Assembly: GCF_030028105.1 (NCBI RefSeq)
Contig: NC_092379.1
Location: 19,631,309 to 19,695,308 of the forward strand
DNA: 64,000 nt
Source: Mobula birostris
Lineage: Eukaryota
Direction of reading: 5' to 3'
In this document: piece by piece, positions 60,734 to 64,000 of the stretch
How positions within the stretch are numbered: position 1 is the stretch's first letter
Layout: each line of letters starts with the position of its first letter
Translations under genes and position numbers: made by a program
Notes under the pieces: model-generated
Told to the model about the DNA's origin: nothing
Databases searched by the model: none
What the model saw: only the letters and a program-made list of their open reading frames with translations

Positions 60734-63060
60734 AACTGTATGCTGACAGACCGACTCGGGGGAGTGCCATACTAGATCTAGTATTAGGTAACGAACCGGG
60801 TCAGGTCACAGATCTCTCAGTGGGTGAGCATCTGGGGCACAGTGACCACCAGTCCCTGGCCTTCAGCATTATCATGGAAAAGGATAGAATCAGAGAGGAC
60901 CGGAAAATTTTTAATTGGGGAAGGGCAAATTATGAGGCTATAAGTCCAGAACTTGTCGGTGTGAATTGGGATGATGTTTTTGCAGGGAAATGTACTACGG
61001 ACACGTGGTCGATGTTTAGAGATGTATTGCAGGATGTTAAGGATAAATTTGTCCCAGTGAGGAAGATAAAGAATGGTAGGGTGAAGGAACCATGGGTGAC
61101 AAGTGAGGTGGAAAATCTGGTCAGGTGGAAGAAGGCAGCATACATGAGGTTTAGGAAGCAAGGATCAGATGGGTCTATTTAGGAATATAGGGTAGCAAGA
61201 AAGGTGCTGAAGAAGGGGCTGAGAAGAGCAAGAAGGGGGCATGAGAAGGCCTTGGCAAGTAGTGTAAAGGAAATCCCCAAGGCATTCTTCAATTATGTGA
61301 AGAACAAAAGGATGACAGGAGTGAAGGTAGGACTGATTAGAGATAAAGGTGGGAATTTGTACCTGGAGGCTGTGGAAGTGAGCGAGGTCCTCAATAAATA
61401 CTTCTCCCTGGTATTCACCAATGAGAGGGAACTTGATGATGGTGAGGACAATATGAGTGAGGTTGGTGTTCTGGAGCATGTTGATATTAAGGCAGAGGAG
61501 GTGTTGGAGTTGTTAAAATACATTAGGATGGATAAGTCCCCGGGGCTGATGGAATATTCCCTGGGCTGCTCCACGAGGCGTGGGAAGAGATTGCTGAGCC
61601 TTTGGCTAGGATCTTTATGTCCTCGTTGTCTACGGGAATGATACCGGAGGATTGGAGGGAGGCGAATGTTGTCCCATGTTCAAAAAAAGTAGTAGGGATA
61701 GTCCAGGTAATTATAGACCAGTGAGCCTTACGTCTGTAGTGGGAAAGCTGTTGGAAAACATTCTTAGAGATAGTATCTGTGGGCATTTAGAGAATCATGG
61801 TCTGATCAGCATGGCTTTCTGAAGGGCAGATCATCTCTAACAAGCCTGATAGAGTTCTTTGAGGAGGTGACCAGGCATATAGATGAGGATAGTGCAGTGG
61901 ATGTGATCTATATGGATTTTAGTAAGGCATTTGACAAAGTTCCACATGGTAGGCTTATTCAGAAAGTCAGAAGGCATGGGATCCAGGGAAGTTTGGCTCA
62001 GTGGTTTCATAATTGGCTTGCCTGCAGAAGGCAGAGGGTCGTGGTGGAGGGAGTACATTCATATTGGAGGGTTGTGACTAGTGGTGTCCCACAAGGATTG
62101 GTTCTGGGACCTCTACTTTTCGTGATTTTTATTAACGACCTGGATGTGGGGGTAGAAGGGTGGGTTGGCAAGTTTGCAGACGACACAAAGGTTGGTGGTG
62201 TTGTAGGTAGTGTAGAGAATTGTCAAAGATTGCAGAGAGACATTGATAGGTTGCAGAAGTGGGTGGAGAAGTGGCAGATGGAGTTCAACCCGGAGAAGTG
62301 TGAGGTAGTACGCTTTGGAAGGACAAACTCCAAAGCAGAGTACAAAGTAATTGGCAGGATACTTGGTAGTGTGGAGGAGCAGAGGGATCTCGGGGTACAT
62401 GTCCACAGATCCCCTAAACTTGCCTCACAGGTAGGTAGGGTAGTTAGAAAGCTTATGTGGTGTTAGCGTTCATAAGTCGAGGGATAGAGTTTAAGAGTCG
62501 CGAGGTAATGATGCAGCTCTATAAATCTCTGGTTAGGCCACACTTGGAGTACTGTGTCCAGTTCTGGTCGCCTCACTATAGGAAGGATGTGGAAGCATTG
62601 GAAAGGGTACAGAGATGATTTACCAGGATGCTGCCTGGTTTGGAGAGTATGGATTATGATCAGAGATTAAGGGAGCTAGGGCTTTACTCTTTGGAGCGAA
62701 GGAGGATGAGAGGAGACATGATAAAGGTATATATTAAGAGGAATAGATAGAGTGGATCACCAGTACCTCTTCCCCAGAGCACCACTGCTCAATACAAGGG
62801 AACATGGCTTTAAGGTAAGGGGTGGGAAGTTCAAAGGGGATATTAGAGGAAGGTTGTTTACTCAGAGAGTGGTTGGTGCATGGAATACACTGCCTGAGTC
62901 AGTGGTGGAGACAGATACACTAGTGGAATTTAAGAGACTACTAGACAGGTATATGGAAGAATTTAAGATGGGGGTTTATATGGGAGGCAGGGTCTGAGAG
63001 TTGGCACAATAATGTGGGCCGAAGGGCCTGTAATGTGCTGTACTATTCTATGTCTATGTT
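60734..63060 (+). mobile_element. 5'-truncated CR1 inserted in the Gmr1-like integrase
   Basis: Likely TSD AAAGT at 60729-60733 and 63061-63065; removing the insert rejoins DQGINF-ENIPGIIGEFGAKH in frame; tail ctattctatgtctatgt. Confidence 0.88.
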
Positions 63061-64000
63061 AAAGTTAATACCCTGGTCAAATTGAATTTCTTTGGGCAGA
63101 CCTACCAGTGTGAAAAACTTACTGAATGCTTTTACTACAGTCTTTGCCTGGATGTTTCCGAGTGGCAAGGCTTCAGGGAACTGAGACACAGCACACATAA
63201 TTGTTAACACATACTGATGACCAGCTGCAGTCTTTGGCAATGGGCCTACACAATCCACTGTGACCCTTGAAAAAGGTTCACCAAAAGCAGGTATCAGTTT
63301 AAGTGGTGCTACTTGAATAACCTGATTAAGTTTCCCATCAACTTGGCTGGTGTGTCAAGTCCTGCAATAATTCACACCATCCTATCTTAAACTAGACCAG
63401 TAGAATTCCTTCATAATCCTATTCACTGTCTTTCTCTCTCCAAAATGTCCACCGAAAGGCATGTTTAAAATTTCATCCCTGTAAAGTTTCGGAACTACTA
63501 CCTGATGCTCAATGGCCCAATCCTCACTTGCAGGCACAGTGGCTGGTCTCCACTTTCTCATCAACATCCCATCTTTAAGGTAATATCTCACTGACTCTCT
63601 CTGAACCTTCTCTTCTGTGAGAGCTGTCTCCTTTAAAGCCACCATATCTGAATCTTTATTCTGTTCCTCCATAAATTCCTTCCTCGATAAGGACAAACCT
63701 TTTGTCATACATCTTACTCTCATCAGCTTTACTACCCCCTAAGTCCTGCTGGAATATGAAAGGTAGAAAAGTCGATGACACATCATCCTGGAGAGGTGTC
63801 AACCTCCCCCCATTGTTTACTAAAGTTAGCATTATCAATAGACTTATAAAAAACATGTGTATATTGTGGAAGAGGCCAAACAATCCATTTATCTCATTCC
63901 TACGACCTTTATTCTGACCTGTCTCCTTAGCAACTTCCACCAATGGCGTCTCAAAACCATATCAATTCTCCTTTTTCTCCACAACATCGTCATGCATAAC

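Larger units (their letters stand above)
53034..64000 (-). mobile_element. Gmr1-like Gypsy element (INT-RT-RNase H order), interrupted by nested insertions and running off the window
   Basis: 3' LTR 53034-53843 (TG...CA), PPT 53844-53852, RNase H 53929-54534, RT halves at 54549-54782 and 59790-60100, integrase at 60590-60733 and 63061-63720. Confidence 0.8.

Overview
Cartilaginous-fish genomic DNA (probably a batoid; this is inferred from repeat families only). Bases 1-24.6 kb hold one immunoglobulin heavy-chain cluster on the minus strand, identified as IgW from its V, CH1, CH2 and Cys-rich short secretory tail. Transcription order: leader (24541) - V already fused to a short D-like segment and followed by a 12-bp-spacer RSS - one J with a 23-spacer RSS - CH1 - CH2 - Cys-rich secretory exon (Sec-a) - four intact tandem CH3-CH4 exon pairs separated by three truncated CH5 relics - a second intact Cys-rich secretory exon (Sec-b) - a third, 5'-truncated tail copy. 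The window then runs into a second copy of the Sec-to-CH3 intron, so the array probably continues left of base 1. All coding exons are phase-1 compatible, which predicts a 2-domain secreted chain and a possible 10-domain secreted chain ending in the short-form tail. No intact CH5, CH6 or transmembrane exon is seen. Bases 25-64 kb are almost all nested retroelements: CR1, RTE, Rex1-like, Nimb/I-like, Penelope, and three Ty3/Gypsy lineages, one with Gmr1-type integrase-before-RT order. There is one 13-N gap. TE family calls come from recognised motifs, not database searches, and TE boundaries are approximate unless a TSD is quoted.
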